Shown here in pieces: positions 63,121-64,000 of a stretch of DNA of 64,000 nt; positions within the stretch are counted from its first letter, which is position 1, and every line of letters starts with the position of its first letter. The stretch is from Eimeria praecox (lineage: Eukaryota): positions 6,200,001 to 6,264,000 of the forward strand of contig OY986946.1 in the NCBI GenBank assembly GCA_963920595.1, written 5' to 3'. The translations under genes and the position numbers were made by a program. The notes beneath the pieces were generated by a model. That model saw only the letters and a list, made by a program, of their open reading frames with translations. It did not search any database and was not told the DNA's origin.

Positions 63121-63510
63121 GCAGCAGGACAATATAAACCCGCACCTGCATGAAGAGCCGCCACACATCCGCTATTCTGAGGCATCTTCCTTCTTTTATT
63201 AATTTCTGAAGCGTAAGAGCATAGTACTCCATCTGTACAAACACAGACAGCTGCGTCAGCTCTGCTGCTGCTGCTGCTGCTGCTGCTGGGGCTGCTGCTG
63301 GGGCTGCTGCTGCTGGGGCTGCTGCTGGGGCTGCTGCTGCTGCTGGGGCTGGGGCTGGGAATGGTCCTGCTGCCGCTGCTCCAGGTCCTGACGCTGCTGC
63401 AGTTGCTGCTTCTGCTGAGTCTGCCAGGCCTCTCTCTTCAACTTCCCCTTTGCCTGAGCGGACAGCAGCAACCGCAGCAGCAGCAGCAATAACAGCAGCA
63501 GCAACAACAG

Positions 63511-63545
<35 letters not shown>

Positions 63546-63811
63546 ACAGCAGCAGCAACAGCAGCGCAGTGTGGGGTCGAGCAAGCCTGTTAGATGCGTC
63601 GCTGCTGCATTTGTTCCTACCCGTCTCTGCAGCAGCTTCGTCCTGCTCAGCCGCAGCAGCAGCAGCAGCAGCAGCAGGAGCAGCAGCAGCTGCTCCTGCT
63701 GCTGCTGCTGCAGCACCCGGGGTTGAGAGGGGAGGGGTTTGACTGGGCGTCTGTCTCCTCGGCTTATGCACTAGCTGAGACCAACACTGGTGATAACGCA
63801 TCAGAAACTGC

Positions 63812-63870
<59 letters not shown>

Positions 63871-64000
63871 TGCGGAAAGGCCTCATAAGCGAATTCCCTA
63901 TACAGCTGCTGACGAATGCCCCCACTACCCTCTTCCCTGCATTCTGCTGCTTGCTGCTAGCATGAGCCTTGCATGTTCTGCTGCTGCTGCTGCAGCAGCA
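54348..64000 (-). CDS. GCN2-like eIF2alpha kinase (kinase-fold plus degenerate HisRS-like C-terminus), multi-exon, 5' part outside window
   Basis: FLMRYHQCW, a long insert, FVQMEYYALTLQKLI...VWRLFMQ, LLEAMVCVHRAGACHRALHPSNIFL, K|VGDFGL...FVAPEVIRGEVFTDKADMFSIG, MLFLELW and LLQDDPRKRPTSLQLLQSGALPP. Downstream are HisRS-like pieces (LLLPDG; AAEGELLLAA; VRVGGGGYI) and an anticodon-binding-like tail (LGVAVANRLIRRGVA...RHRSVKYHVVI). The 3' end is taken from ORF 54348-55298. Confidence 0.8.
61975..62480. repeat. TACACC-based degenerate minisatellite with central (TA)n, intronic
   Basis: Recurrent ATACACCATAGCTTAGATGCCTGTACACCCC-like units. Confidence 0.85.

Noticed and set aside
54276..63965. Plus-strand poly-Q/S/A/L/C ORFs
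   Set aside because: CAG tracts lack stops in all frames; the conserved kinase motifs are on the minus strand.

Overview
Eukaryotic, intron-containing DNA, most consistent with a coccidian apicomplexan of the Eimeria type. The evidence is dense CAG/CTG tracts encoding homopolymeric amino-acid runs, interstitial TTTAGGG repeats, AGCT arrays, many TGCATGCA octamers and gypsy-like relics. The organism call is an inference. A 200-N gap (37038-37237) splits the window into a repeat-poor left half and a repeat-rich right half. Left half: a ~24 kb multi-exon VPS13-family gene (-), two heavily decayed Ty3/gypsy pol/integrase remnants, a perfect 27-bp hairpin, a cluster of dispersed ~50-bp quasi-palindromic repeats and an intronless single-pass membrane protein. 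Right half: a coiled-coil ORF with a decayed paralogous copy containing an internal fold-back, and three identical tRNA-Lys(UUU) genes flanked by related hairpins. It also holds a hydrophobic protein ending in a zinc-binding HNH-like (DHQPP) domain, an 8-exon Vti1-type SNARE whose last exon continues ~590 codons past the TM helix, and a 5'-truncated GCN2-like eIF2alpha kinase with HRD changed to HRA and a GC-AG intron. All homology calls are by-eye motif recognition; no searches were run. Most short ORFs in the track are antisense or repeat artefacts.
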